Shown: one piece after another, positions 13,502 through 27,213 of the stretch | Position numbering within the stretch: the first letter of the stretch is position 1 | Layout: every line of letters begins with the position of its first letter | From: Azolla caroliniana | Lineage: Eukaryota > Plantae > Polypodiophyta | Length of the DNA stretch: 64,000 nt | Direction of reading: 5' to 3' | Assembly (NCBI GenBank): GCA_043228905.1 | Contig: JBHGNT010000010.1 | Span: forward strand, 13,826,001-13,890,000 | Translations under genes and position numbers: made by a program | The notes under the pieces: model-generated | Database searches by the model: none | Told to the model about the DNA's origin: nothing | Seen by the model: the letters and a program-made list of their open reading frames with translations, nothing else

Positions 13502-16500
13502 ACGCTGATTGAGGACCGGGTTTGTCCGGATACTGTCGGTGGAAATCAGCAAGAAGATACTGAGAATTGGCGGCATGCTTGATGGGTTCCCAAGTACGTT
13601 CACTCGAACTATAGCCAAGCCAATCGACCAAATAATAAAGTTTGTTGCGGAAAAATTTGGAGTCGAGGACAGCAACAACTTCATACTCCGGGCCGACGTC
13701 TAACTTAAGCGGGGGCGGCAGTGGTGTAACACGATTGGGAATAGTGTTTGCTTTATAAGGTTCAAGAAGAGAACTATGGAAAACCGGATGTATCTGAAGA
13801 TGCGGAGGAAGATCAAGGCGAAATGTGACATCATTAACCTTACTAGTAATACGGAAAGGACCGAGTCGTCGATAATCCAACTTGTTGCACGGTTGAGTAG
13901 TCTTGATATGACGACGTAAGAGCCATACTTGATCTCTGATGGCAAAAGAGGAGGGATGATGATCCGCATAAGTTTTCTGTGTGTGTTGAGCATGACGAAG
14001 ATCCATCTGGATCTTGCATAGCCTCTCCAAATGATCCTCGGCACGAGGATTGGTAGGTAGCTCCGGGGTGTTGATCACAGACCAACGAGGATGAGAACCA
14101 GTATAAGCGTAAAATGGGGAGACCCGAGTCGAGGAGTGAATAGCGTTATTATAAGCAAACTCTGCAAAGTGGAGAATATCAACTCAATCGTCTTGTTGAT
14201 AACTCAGAAAACACTGGAGGTATTGTTCCAGCGTTTGAGTTGTTCGTTCCGCCTGCCCATCGGTCTAGGGATGGTAACCGGAGGAGAGGTTATAAGAGAC
14301 CTTGAGCATCTTGAAGAGATGCTTCCAAAATTTGGAGACGAATTGAGGTCCTCAGTCATTGATAATACTGTCTGGGAGGCCATGGTGCCGAAATACCTCA
14401 CGCATGACAAGGGCGGTGGTTTCCTCACTAGTGATGGCCTTAGTACGCGGCACAAAATGTGCCATCTTAGTATATCCATCAACAACGGCTAAGATAGCAT
14501 CGAAAACCTTCGAGACCAGCAAATCTGTGATAAAATCAAGACAAATAGACTATCATGGCTTACTTGGAATCGGTAAGGGTTCCAACGAGCCATATGCATG
14601 ATGTCGTGGCATCTTTGCTCAGCAGCAAGCATCATAGGTCTGAACGTAGTCGTTGACAAAATGTCGCATATGGGGCCATCAAAAGGATCGTTGAACTAGA
14701 TCCAACGTCTTTGTACTACCGAAATGTCCCATTGTATGGGTGTCGTGACCATTTTGGACGATTTGAAGGCGACATGAGCAATCAGGAACATATACGAGCT
14801 TTTTAAAGAACAATACACCATCATTATATTCGAATTGTCGGTAGTCCATATCTGGTTGTTGAGACTGGGAACAGGATGCCTGAGAGGTATCAATGTGTGC
14901 TAGAATGGTTGAGCAAAATTTTCCGTCTTCAGGTTAGCACTTATGGCATAAATAATCCGGGAATCTAGTGGAGTGTGAAAAATCTGCATTGTGTGCAAAC
15001 GTGTTGGTCCCAAGATTACCCGCTTTTGATTATCAAATGCTGGATCACCAGGACGAGGTGCAAGATATGAACGTCGTGATAGTGCATCTGCTTTTCCTTG
15101 TTGCTTCCCTGGTCGATATGTGATTTTGAAGTCAAAACGCGTGAGGAATTGGGCCCATCGACCTTGCCGTCAATTTTAGTACACAAGCGTTCTAGAAATA
15201 AGCAAGGTTTTTGTGATCACTAAAGACGATGACCTGATGTGGAGAGCCCTCTAAGAAGTGCCGCCATTGCACAAATGAATCCACGATGGCTAATAACTCC
15301 TTGTCATGTATCTTGTAGTTGATTTCCGCGGCATCAAATTTGCGCGAATGGAAAGCCATAGGATGTAACTCTTCTTTATCTCCTTGTTGAGAAAGGATGC
15401 TACCAAGGGTGAAATCCGATGCGTCGGTCCCCATGATGATTGGTTTGTTTGTATCCACATGAGCATGAATAGGAGCTGATGTAAAGGCTTTCTTAAGATG
15501 CCTAAAAGCCATATCCGCTACATTGTATCAAAGAAATGCATGTCCCTTCTTCGTAAGCTGTGTGACCGGTAAAATAATCTTCAAGTAATCTTGTATAAAC
15601 TTGCGGTAGAAGTTAGCAAAACCTAGGAAACATTGTACATCTCGTAACGAACGTGGAGTTTGCCACTCTAGCATAGTTTTGACTTTAGCCGGATCCATGG
15701 AGATGCCCTTTGAGGAGATGATGTAGCCTAGAAATACCACTTGCTTGTAGTTAAAGCTATATTTTTCTAGTTTGGCATAAAGACCATTCTCTCGGAGTCG
15801 TTTTAGTACTAATAGTACATGAGAATCATGCTCTTCTTGGGTCTTCGAATAAATCAATAGATCATCCAGATAGATGATCAAACAAATATCCAAGAGGTCT
15901 CTAAATATATCATTTGCCATGTGCATTGGTTAGACCAAACGGCATAACGGTATACTCGAAATGCCCATACCGCGTCCGAAAGGCAGTTTTCCATTCATCT
16001 CCCGGTCGGATCCGCACGAGGTTATACGCTCCTTGTAGATCGATTTTTGTAAAAAACTTGGCACCATTTACTCGCTCTAAAAGACTTGATATAAGAGGAA
16101 GTGCATACCTATTCCTGATGGTGACCTTATTCAAGCCACGATAATCAACAACAAGATGAAGTGATCCATCTTTCTTCTTGAAAAAGAAGATGGGTGCACC
16201 GGCCGGAGATTTCGAATGACGAATAAACCCGCTTGCCAAGTTCTCCTCTATGTAGGCTCGAAGGACTTCTAACTCGGTTGGTGACAAGTTGTAAATTGGT
16301 CCCCACGATGGCTCTGTTCCTGGTTGTAAATCGATGGGACAATCGTAGGGACGATGATGAGGAAGAGTACTTACTGGCTTTTACCTTGTCAAATACATCG
16401 GCATAAGGATGCTATTTTGCTGGAAGTTGCACTAAGGATTCCTTCTTAATATTGTTGGAAGGATGTACTGATATTGCAAATAGAAACATTGCCTCCTTGT

Positions 16501-17950
16501 GTCCTTTTTCGCATAGTTGATGGAGTGAAATGGCTGAAACTCAATGAGTAGATTCTTGGGGTTGTCGATACCAGACTTCTCTTGTTCTCCAATCTATGTC
16601 TGGATTATGTAATTTAAACCAAGGTAATCCCAGGACAATGGGATGCTTTGGACTAAGGATTTCAAATTTGTTTGAGATACTTGGGCTATTAGTACTATTA
16701 ATACTATCAGACACCCCTAAGGGAAGAATTGATTCGGGTTTAGTACAGGCTACGATTTGATTTACTTGTCTTCTTGGCCTATGGGGACAATTAATTGCGA
16801 TATTCCCTAGTCCACCACAATAAAGACATAATCGATTTGCACGTCAGCATTGCTTTTCTTCTTCCAATAACGGGCCACGTCGACACATGGTGTCGATCTC
16901 TATCAGTGTCAGAGTATTTGCTTGAGATACGTCTCCTGCAAATGGTTTAGCCGCGACTAAGGCTTATGTGGGCTCCGGCCTAGGGCGTGGTATTTGTAAT
17001 TGACTTTCAGAACGTCGTTCGAAAAGACAGTTGTCACATCGGACCGCTTGACTGATTGCCTCTATAGGACACTTTGGTTCTTCGGGGAAGGTTACGAGTA
17101 AATCTTTGACATTGTTTCGCAGGCCGTAGCGAAACAGCTCCATTAGTGCCTAATCATCCTAGGGGATATCTAAGGCGAGTAGACGGAAATTAGCCGCATA
17201 GGCAAAGCCTGGACGATCACCTTGACGCAATCATCGGACTTTGTTGATCGTCGTCCTGATGCTATTTGTATCTTCAAAGCATGCTTTAAACTCGCCAATA
17301 AAGTCTTCAAAGTTATTAAGCAAGGGCGATTGTTTTTCTAGAAGCAGAGCAAACCATGCCAAGGTTGAGCTGCTAAGCAACGTGCCTATTAGGCCGATTC
17401 GAGATGCATCAGTGGGGTATCAGGAAGGATGCATTTGAATGACTAAGCGTACCTGATTAAGAAATCCCCTGAATTGCGATCGCGTTCCATCGAATTTCAC
17501 AGGAAGTCCAATCTTGGGCTCCCTTGGGGACTTGACCCTTGTTGTTGCAATGCTATGATGGTTGCTTCGAGTTGTTGTACACGTAACGCTAACTCCCCAT
17601 GTTGTTGTTGCAACTCCCCATGTTGTTGCTGCGTTTGTTGTTTTTCTAGAGCGATTTGTTGAAGATCCCCTAACAATCGTTGGTTTTCTTGTTCTAAGGC
17701 AACAAATTTTTCTTTTAGACCCTGTAGCTTAGAGAAAATAGATTGATATTCTTGGGCACTAACAGTAGCCATAGTATTGGAAAAAAAGGGGTAAGAGGAT
17801 GAGGGAAATCGAAAAGAAGACTAGAGAAAAATTGGTTCAAACTGTCAGGAATAGTACTAAAACAGAGAGAGAATTAGTACTCGAGAAGGGAAGTACTATT
17901 AGTACTAAGAGGACAGGACTGCGTAAGACTCCCAAGAGAGAGATAGCGAG

Positions 17951-17990
<40 letters not shown>

Positions 17991-18234
17991 ATAACAGATG
18001 ATATATTATATGAAGAGTAAGTACGAGATGGCTATGAGGCTTAAGACTGGTGTTGAACCAAATTGGTTCAACATAATGCCTTGTGCCTCCTTTTATAGTG
18101 TTCTTAGGAGGAGCCCTGAAGCTTCTAGAATGTTCCAAAGAAATCTGGAATATACATTAATTTCCTATAATAAAACTTAAATGAAAATAATATCCTACGT
18201 ATTACAATAGATGGTATAATGGTTAAGAGCTCGA

Positions 18235-20365
18235 TAGATGGAGGGTTCTTCTCAACAGATTATTGTCTACAATGATCACAAAAATCTAACATACTTCCAA
18301 AGTGATAGAGTCTTGAATCGTCAACAAGCTCGTTGGGCACAATTCTTAACTCATTTTGATTTCGTAATTCTATATCGCCCTGTGATGCAACAAGGAAAAA
18401 CAGATGCTTTATCTCGACGTTCGTATATGGAACTTCAACCAAGAGAGGCCGCATTTGAAAGTCAAAAGCAAATCCTCTTAGGTCCTGATCATCTACGACT
18501 AATGGCAATGCATATTATCACCACACCAGGAGATTCAAGGCTTCTTGATTCCATTTGGGAGCATATTGCGATCGATGCATTCGCCCGAGGTTTTGAGCCA
18601 TATTATCCCAAATCGTGCTTCCAACTCCCAATCTCAAAATCCTCATCTAGACTACACCTAGTTCAATTGGCATGATGATTTACTTTTTCGACAAAGGCTC
18701 TTGTATGTGCCTAACGGTCCTTCTCAACTCAAAGTCGTGAAACAATATCATGACACACCAATGGCTGGACATTTCGGCATCCACAAGACTTTTGAGTTGA
18801 TTTCTTGACGATATTGGTGGCCACGGCTTCACCATTTTGTTACGGATTATGTTCGTAGTTGCAATACATGTTGCCGATCAAAAAAGCCTTGGCATCATCC
18901 ATATGGCTTATTACAACCAATGCCTATTCCCGAGAGCCCATGGAAATCTATTTCCGTGGACTTTATTACGGATCTTCCACCTTCTAAGGTCTTTGATTCT
19001 ATTCTCATGGTAGTCGATCATTTTACGAAGATGGCGCATTTCCTTCCATGCACGAAGACCATTACTAGTGAAGAGACAACTGATTTACTCATGCAAGAGG
19101 TGTTTCGCCATCATGGTCTTCCAGATGATATTATCAGTGATCAGGGTCCCCAATTCATCTCGAAATTTGGGCGACACATGTTCAAACTCTTACATACTTC
19201 TTGTAAACTCACTTCCGGTTACCATCCAAAGACTAATGGGCAAAGTGAGCGCATCAACCAAACAATCGAACAATATCTACGTTGTTTTGTCAACTATCAA
19301 CAAGATGATTAGGTGGATCTATTACATTTGGCAGAATTTGCTTACAACAACTCCGAACATTCTTCTACTAGATATTCCCCATTTTTTGCGAACACTGGGT
19401 ACCATCCTCGTTGGACGATGCTTGAAAATCCCGAACTCCCAAAAAACTCGGCTACTTCAGATCGGCTCACCCAACTCCAAGAAGTTGAGGATATACTTTT
19501 GCATCATTTATGTGATGCCCAAAACACTCAAAAGAAGATTGCTTACCGTCATCGGCGTGATTCATCAGCGACGTTTCAAATTGGATTATCAACATTTTGG
19601 CCCATATTTTATCTCTAGTAAGATCAATGATGTGACATTTCATCTTGATTTTCCTCCTCATATGTGTCTTCACCCGGTCTTCCATGTTTTGCTTTTGGAG
19701 CCCTACACAACAAGCTCTATTCTGGGTCGTCTTACACCTCCCGCACCTCCAATCGAAGTTTCCAATGGCTCTGAATATGAGGTTGCTGCCATTCTCAACT
19801 CCAAGATCATCCGCAACAAACTATATTATTTGGTTGATTGGTTAGGTTATACAGCTAATGATCAAACATGGGCGCCTGCTGAGCATCTTGCTAATGCCTC
19901 CGACATGGTTGTTGCATTTCACAACCAATATCCCCATAAACCAAGTCCGAACTCGTCTTTTGACTCGTACAACTCGTCATCGAAAAGGGGGGATAATATC
20001 ATAAAGACATACATTAACCAAGAATCGAACCCACAACTTCTTGGTCTATGTGTTGAACCCTTAACCATTGTAATAACATATATGATGTGTAATTATAATA
20101 ATTATATTTTTAGTTATTACGGGATATTTAGAATATTCTAGAACATTCTAGATTATTTTAGAACATCCTTGAATATTTCATTATTATATTTATTATCATA
20201 AAATATCTAAAATATTCTCGAACATTCTAGAACACTCCATAAGGATCTATAAATAAGTGTTCATTCATTCATTACAACTCATTCGGTTCAACACCATTCT
20301 TTAGCCCTAGCCTACTCTTTGTAATCGTGTTTCCTCATAATATGATCTGATTTCCATTTCGAGTA

Positions 20366-20409
<44 letters not shown>

Positions 20410-20427
20410 TACTCACGATTCATGACA
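18235..20427 (+). mobile_element. Second chromovirus subfamily, 3' part (RNase H end, integrase, chromodomain, 3' LTR)
   Basis: DHKNL...RWAQFL, integrase VDFITDLP, chromodomain EYEVAAILNSK...YLVDWLGY; PPT AAAAGGGGGGATAA, then LTR 19997-20427 ending CATGACA. Confidence 0.88.
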
Positions 20428-20653
20428 CATGTCAGTACTGTTGTCAGTCCTTTCATGGACTTGTATAAAAGTGCTCACTGAGCACATTATATGTACAGAG
20501 TGTTATTATTTTGAATTGAGTTTATGCTTTCTGCTCTCTTTGTCTCTCCTGTGTATTCTCTGTTCCTAAGCTTCTATTAAACCTTGTCTCTATTTTCTGT
20601 TGCTATTCAGATAAACTAGTTTGTCTACAAGTTTCCGCACACTATTCTTTACA
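20428..20653 (+). repeat. Probable 3' half of a copia-like LTR
   Basis: TATAAAA, CT-rich tract and an end TTCCGCACACTATTCTTTACA resembling the copia LTR ends elsewhere in the window; no partner LTR seen. Confidence 0.45.
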
Positions 20654-21432
20654 AACTTGCACCCGGTTGATGTCATCAAACACACATCTCCTATATCGAC
20701 AATTCGGCATGCACCTTCATTCACTATCCTCACACAATCGTGATCTCCGGCTCTGTAGGATGCGAAGCATTTCCTGTCGGGGGTCAGATTGAATGACACG
20801 CTAGAGTCGACCACCCATGTCATATTGTCACTAACAAGATGTAGCTCACTCTCCTCGGTGATTAGCAGTAGTTCTTCTTCGCTTGTCGCGATTGCCGATG
20901 TTCCTCTTCTCTTTGAAATCCTCTTCGGTTTCAGATCGTCGGTTCCCCCTTTGGCTTTCCAGAAGTGTCAGCAATTCTTTTGGAAGTGCCCCGGTTTTCC
21001 ACAATAAAAGCAAGTGGGACTTTCCCTTGACTTCAACCTCATCCCCAATTTGTCCCAGTTTTGGGGACTCCGATTCCGACCTCTTCCCGATATGGTCATC
21101 TTCCGTGACCAAGGCTTTCGGATCGGTTCCAGACTCCCGGTTCTTTTGGCGAGCTTCTTCATCCAACAAGCTTGATTTTACCCTTGCTGGGACAATTGTT
21201 TTCATTCCGGCCCAGCGTTGCCCAAAGTGACAACTAGCGTCTCCCAACTATCCAAGAGAGAACCGAGCAGCAACAACGGAAGTACCTCATCAGCTAGAGG
21301 TACTTCAAGCGAGGTTGTTTGATTTATGAGCCCCTGGAATGCATTCATGTGCTTCACCATGCTGGATCTGTCCTAGTAACAGAGCCTCATTAATTTCCGG
21401 AATACCGAAACCTGATTTACGACATTTTTAAT
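20654..21432 (-). mobile_element. Ty1/copia family B gag-protease fragment
   Basis: CFYCGKPGHFQKNC knuckle, WVVDSSVS protease; gag similar to 47130-47330. Confidence 0.85.
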
Positions 21433-22130
21433 CTCTAACATGGTACTGATTTGTGGGTCCTTCCCTTCGACTCCTCTTGGCATGTCCCCGCCTTGCTCGC
21501 GCTGCTCATCCCGTCTGGTCCCACTTCCCACGAGCCGTCTGGTTCTGCACTCCTTGACCTTCTCGGTTGGCTTGTCTACTCATAAGGCTTGTCTCAGCTC
21601 CTTTGCTGTTGTGACTTCGGCGCATCTCGACTCGTGAATTCCTCCGTGTCGGTGTCAACTTCTATTGCCTTCTTGTTCGCTTGGCCTCTAGTTGATTCGG
21701 CTCCTCCAAATTGAACTCATCTTCCCAATCGACTGCCTCAGATTCGTTCCATCTCTTGTCCGAATTGGCTATCTCCAATTTATCTTCATCCTTCAGGCCC
21801 TTCACCACGTCGGACCACGTCTGGCTGTTGGCCTTCTTCCTCCGATTAGTTCTGTCCTTCGTGACTTTGCTGCCATCGCCTCTTGTTTCGACTTGTTCGA
21901 ATATGCCGACTTCTTCAGTTGGCTTGGCTCCCTTTTCTATCTTGTCTCCCCCTGTTTGGGTTGTTTCCTTTCCTATTCTTCCCTTCAAGTGCAACATGTT
22001 GAGATGCTATAGACCAAGCATCTTTGAAAAACTTGTTGGTTCCAAGTGCCTGGGTGAAGATGTCGGCAACCTACCAATTTGTCCGGACATACCGGAGTTT
22101 GACTTCACTAGTGAGGACCCACTCGTGCAT
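21433..22130 (-). mobile_element. Copia RNase H C-terminus plus ~550 bp of 3' region, different family
   Basis: Reverse strand VADIFTQALG motif near 22050-22080, then purine tract GAAGGGAAGAA; LTR boundary unclear. Confidence 0.6.
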
Positions 22131-22795
22131 TGTCAGGAATAGTACTAAGATAGAGATGAGGATTAGTACTAAGAGTGAAGGAGAGAGAGAGAGAGAGAGA
22201 AAGAGAGAGGGTGATGATAACAAACGATATATTGTGACAAAATGTTACCAAGGGCGAAATTAGACGTGTCTGCCTCCATGATGAACGGTTTTTTCAGATC
22301 AACATGAGCTAGAATAGGAGCTGATGTAAATGCTTTCTGAAGATTTACAAAAGTCGTGTCTGCTTCCATAGACCATGCCCCTTCTTGGTAAGCTTTGTGA
22401 GAGGAAAAATAAGCTTTGAGTAGTCCTGTATAAACTTGCAGTAGAAATTTGCGAAGCCTAAAAGACATTGCACATCTCACAATGAACGGAGAATCTGTCA
22501 CTCTACCATAGTTTTGACCTTAGCTGAATCCATAGAGATGCCTTCTAGGAGATGACATAGCCTAGAAATTCCAACTGGTTGCACTCAAAACTACATTTTT
22601 CTAGTTTTGCATAAAGCCCATGTTCTTGAAGTTGTTTTAGTACTAAAAGTACATGAGAATCATGCTCGTCCTAAGTCTTCGAATAAACTAGTAGATCATC
22701 CAAATAGAGGATCAAACAAATATCCAAGAGATCTCGGAATATATCATTTGCCATGTGCTGGAAGACTTTTGGCGCATTGGTGAGACCGAGTGGCA
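22131..22795 (-). mobile_element. Heavily deleted chromovirus (LTR end fused to RT/RNase H)
   Basis: TGTCAGGAATAGTACT LTR terminus at 22131, joined near 22232 to EADTSNFALG (RNase H) and YLDD RT sequence. Confidence 0.8.
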
Positions 22796-25700
22796 GATAA
22801 GAGCTACCATAGAGACCATGGAAGATTTATTCGGAGCATGTCCCAGTCTGAAGGTAACAATTGGTGATGTGTCGGTGAATCAAAATTTCTTTGTGTAGGA
22901 TCAATCAACCTACCCCGTCATCCTTGGTTAGCCTTACATCACCGCAATAAGGATGGAAACAAAGGTGATTGATGATGTTTCAACTTTTGCAAGGATTAAG
23001 AGTCAAGATGGAAGGAAGACGGTCCAATTCTTAACTGTGAGGCCCAACCACGAAAGAAATAAAGAATCCTTGAGGGAACATCCAGTTCGGGAGGTAGATG
23101 AAGAATTTTCCCTGGATTTTTAGATAGGGCTTTTACAGGTAGGGGTTGTGATAGCCAGGACATGAAAGAAAACCCCATGAATAATAATATAAATAATGAT
23201 ATTCCTTGTACAATCTCATCTAGTGGTGCTACTTTTATACTAAAAGTATATAATAATAAAATACAAAATGCTTTCGAGTACTTTAAGTGTTCTGGATTAA
23301 TAGATGATGATGAAGAAATTCAAGATATGTTTGAAGAATTAAGTTTTGAAGATACAATAACTCATTTGGAAGCAATGGAGGATGACAACGAAATCCAAGT
23401 TCCTTTCCATTCGATCAAGATGTACGAGGGCATTAAAGAAGTTGCTTGAAAGGACCATGAAGCACATGTCCTAACAATGTACAAGACAGTGGAGAAGAAG
23501 GTCCGTCCTATTGCTGCTCCACTTCTAGGGGATTGTGAAAGAGCAATTAAAGAAGCAGCCACTGAGCCAATGATCAGAGACCCACGAAAGGTGGGAGATG
23601 TGTTTACTCCAGAAACAATACAAGGGATGAAAATAGGAGGGGGTGACTTCCTATTACCAACCGAAGAAAAGCAATTTAGGGAGATGTTAAAAAGGCATGG
23701 AAAGGCAGTTCGCATTCCAACTTGAGGAAATAGGGTGTGTGGATCCAAAAATAGCGGAGCCCATGGTTATATTCACTATCCCTCATATTCCATGGAATTT
23801 TAAGCCAATACCCATGCCTAGGGCTAGAATCCTTCAATTATTAGAACTTCTGAAAGAAAAGATAAGGATGGGTATCTTGGAACCATCGAACGCCCCTTAC
23901 TCGAGTCGATGGTTCACTATGTTAAAGAAAGATGGGCAACTCCGATTTATCCAATATATGCAACCAGTGAATAAGGTAACAATTCGAAACTCAGGAGTAG
24001 GGCCAATTGTAGATGAGTTTGCTGAGATGTTTGCATGAAGAGCTATATATTCTATGGGAGACCTTTATTCCGGGTATGATCAATTTCAACTTGCTATCAA
24101 AAGTTAAGATATTACTTCTATCAAGACACCTATAGGGTTAGTACGGATGTGTACCTTGCCACAAGGAGCGACCAACTCAGTGGCACATATGATGAATGGA
24201 ATGAACAAGGTACTTCGTGATTTCATTCCTCATATTACAATGCTTGGAGGAAGAGAAGAATGAGGAATTGGACAAAAGTGGTTGTCGACAATTCGTTGCC
24301 GACCATATCAAGGATTGTGAGAAGATACTATCAAGGATGGAAGAAGTGCATCTGACCTTATCAGGGGCGAAGTTAGTATTTGGGGCAAAAGAAATATTTA
24401 TAGTTGGTCATATGTGTGGTCCGTATGGGAGAAAGTCATCACCAAGCAAGGTCAATGCAATTCAAAATATGCAAGAGGAATGTACATCCGTTTCAGAAGT
24501 ACGAAGGTTTTTGGGGGTATATGTTTTTTACTGTAGATGGATTCCGCATTATGCCCATCTATCTGAACCTTTATATAGACTCCTTAGAAAAGGAGAAACA
24601 TTTGAATGGAGTGAAGAGCATTTAGAAGCAATGAGGAAATTGAAGTCCTACTTGGCACAAGCTCCAACATTAAGCAACCTGACTACACCTGGCCCATATA
24701 TTTGATAGTAGACTCTAGTCCCATTGGAATTGGATGGGTGATAAGCCAACAAGATGGGGAAGAAAGGTATCCAGTCCGATTCGGAGCGAAGGTTCTTAGT
24801 GGTCGACAAAGAAAATATGCACAGGTGAAAAGAGAGCTATGGGGGATAGTAATAGCAGTTAAGACAGATAGAGATTACTTAATTGGTGCTGAACTAATAA
24901 CAGAAACGGATTGTTTGTCGATTCTTGGTATCATAGCTAATTGTGATATTCTAGATCAAGCTATGTTAAGATCGAGGAGATAGTGAGAGAGTTTCATGAT
25001 AAAGAATGGGCTGGTCATCGAGGAGTGTGGGCCACTTTCAGTAAAATTAAAGAAAGGTTTTGGTGGCTTCGATACTATGAGGAAATAAAAAAGTATGTGG
25101 AAACTTGTCCCACTTGTCAATATTATTCAAATGTATAATTTTGTGATGAGTTACACCCAACATACTCACCGGGGGTGCATTACAAGTGGTTGATTGATTT
25201 GATAACAATGCCACTTGGAGTAGGACAAAAGAGATACTTGGTTCTTGCAAGAGAAGATCTAACAAATCAAGTGGAAGGATGTACACTACGAACAAAAGGG
25301 ACATTAGGAGTAGGCCAATTCATCTTGGAGGACATTGTTTGTAGATATGGATGTATCGGGAAGATAATGGCAGATAGGGGAGAACTCAATTTTGCGAAAG
25401 CTCAAGATTTTTTCGACAAAGTAGGAATTCGGCTTTTTTTGACAACTGCGTATAATCCAGAAGCTAATGGAAAGATAGAAAGGGGGAATGGGCCAATAGT
25501 CAAAGCTTTAGCAAAGGCATGTAAAGGACGGGTCAATGATTGGCCAAATATCTTACCCTATGCACTATGGGCTGATAGGACAACTCAGAACAATGTTACT
25601 GGATATATGCCTGCAGAATTAATCACAGGCAGAAGTAGATAATACTAATTGAAGAAAAGATAACTACATGGGTTGTGTTGCCTGGGGAATAAGAAATGAG

Positions 25701-27213
25701 TAGGGAAGATTTACTTGCGATTCGGATACGGCAACTTCAATCAAGGACATAAGACATAGAAAAAGCAGCTACTAGATTGAAAGAGGCAAGAATCAAGAAT
25801 AAGGACAGATTTGACAAGATAAAAAGAATACAACCAAGAAAGGTGCAAGAAGGAGATTGGGTATCAGTATATGATAGCAACCTAGATAATCAATACAGTA
25901 TTATTCAACTTCAATCAAGGACAAAAGACATAGAAAAAGCGGCTACTTGATTGAAAGAGGCAAGAATCAAGAATAAGGACAGATTTGACAAGATAAAAAG
26001 AACACAACCAAGAAAGGTGCAAGAAGGAGATTGGGTATCAGTATATGATAGCAGCCTAGATAATCAATACAATATTATTCGGAAGTTCACAAAAAGATGG
26101 TTTGGACCTTATGAAGTTAGGAAAATAACATATAAGGCCAAATATTTCCTCAATGAATTAGATGGGATAGAAATTTGTATCCCAATTGCAGGAAAAGGGA
26201 TTAAAATATTTAAAAGGAGGGAGTCACTAGAGCCCAAATTTTATGAAGAAGTAGAAGAACTAAAAGAATTGGAAGAAGTGTTGGATGAACTCTGCACAAC
26301 CAATGTGCAAGTTCAGAGGGGGTGGTTGTCGTGAAGAATGTGCTTCACGATATAAAAATGAACTTCAATATTGTATTTAGTAATATTTGAGAAACTTGAA
26401 CCCAAAACTTTATATATAAAATACAATGTACATGCCACTAAGCTAGGCTACTTATTTTTAGAATTATTGTAAAGAATCTATTTCATGATATAAGAATGAA
26501 GCTAAATATTGTATTGAGTAAAATCAAAAGACTTGAACCCTCAACCTTATATACCAAGCACAAAGTATACACCACTTAGCTAGGTTAGTTATTTTAGAAT
26601 ATTATACTTATCCCATGTCTATTTTTATACATGGAAGCTCAAATGAGCAAGATGTCTATCATGCATCAAATGTAATGCATGAACGCCAAATGGCGATCAT
26701 GCATCACATGCATTGCATGCATGGCTTTACCCTCACATGCATTATATCCACGGGGGTACCTATAAAAAGAGGGGAATCAAGTAAGGGAGGGAATCAAGAA
26801 AAAGTTAGAGAATAAAATAATCAAACAAATAAATTAGCTTGTTGGTGAAAAGGCTCGTGTTTCTAAGTTGGAGGCAAGGGTTCGAATCAAGAGTCGGTAG
26901 AGAAAGAGTTCATATTGCTATCAAGCTTTGTAAAGTTGGTAAAATCTTGTATTTGTAATATACATCATGTTCATATCATATACATTTTTTTCTTAAATCA
27001 TACTTTGTCTCTATCTTACTTCTTGAATCATACATTCATTGTCTCTATCTTTTATCTATACTCGTCTCTCTCTCACACACATTACTTTAAACTCTTATTC
27101 TTCTTATCCTTAATCTTCCTAATATTGTGTGCGCAAGCCTTATAAAAGTTCCTTCAACTCCCCTTAACCTTAGTCCCTATGACTTCGTCGCACGATCCAC
27201 AACTACCTCGACG
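22791..27213 (+). mobile_element. AT-rich relative of the Trp-primed gypsy lineage: protease end to 3' LTR
   Basis: Protein motifs collinear with 8915-12700 (GILEPSNAPYSSRWF, YLVLAREDLTNQVEG, WFGPY). PPT-like AGAGGGGGTGGT; LTR 26327-~27213 (TGTCGTGAAG...CCTCGACG). Confidence 0.87.

Larger units (their letters stand above)
6397..18234 (-). mobile_element. Tcn1/Tf1-like chromovirus, near full-length but decayed; carries a nested gypsy element
   Basis: 5' LTR 17843-~18234 (5'-truncated), gag with Q-rich coiled coil (17497-17772), RT (YLDD, 15528-16287), RNase H (TDASD, 15192-15512), integrase and chromodomain (13502-~14900), 3' LTR remnant 6397-6606. Confidence 0.88.

Noticed and set aside
21662-21997. 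Env-like extra ORF after copia RNase H
   Set aside because: Short, hydrophilic, no transmembrane segment and unclear element boundaries.
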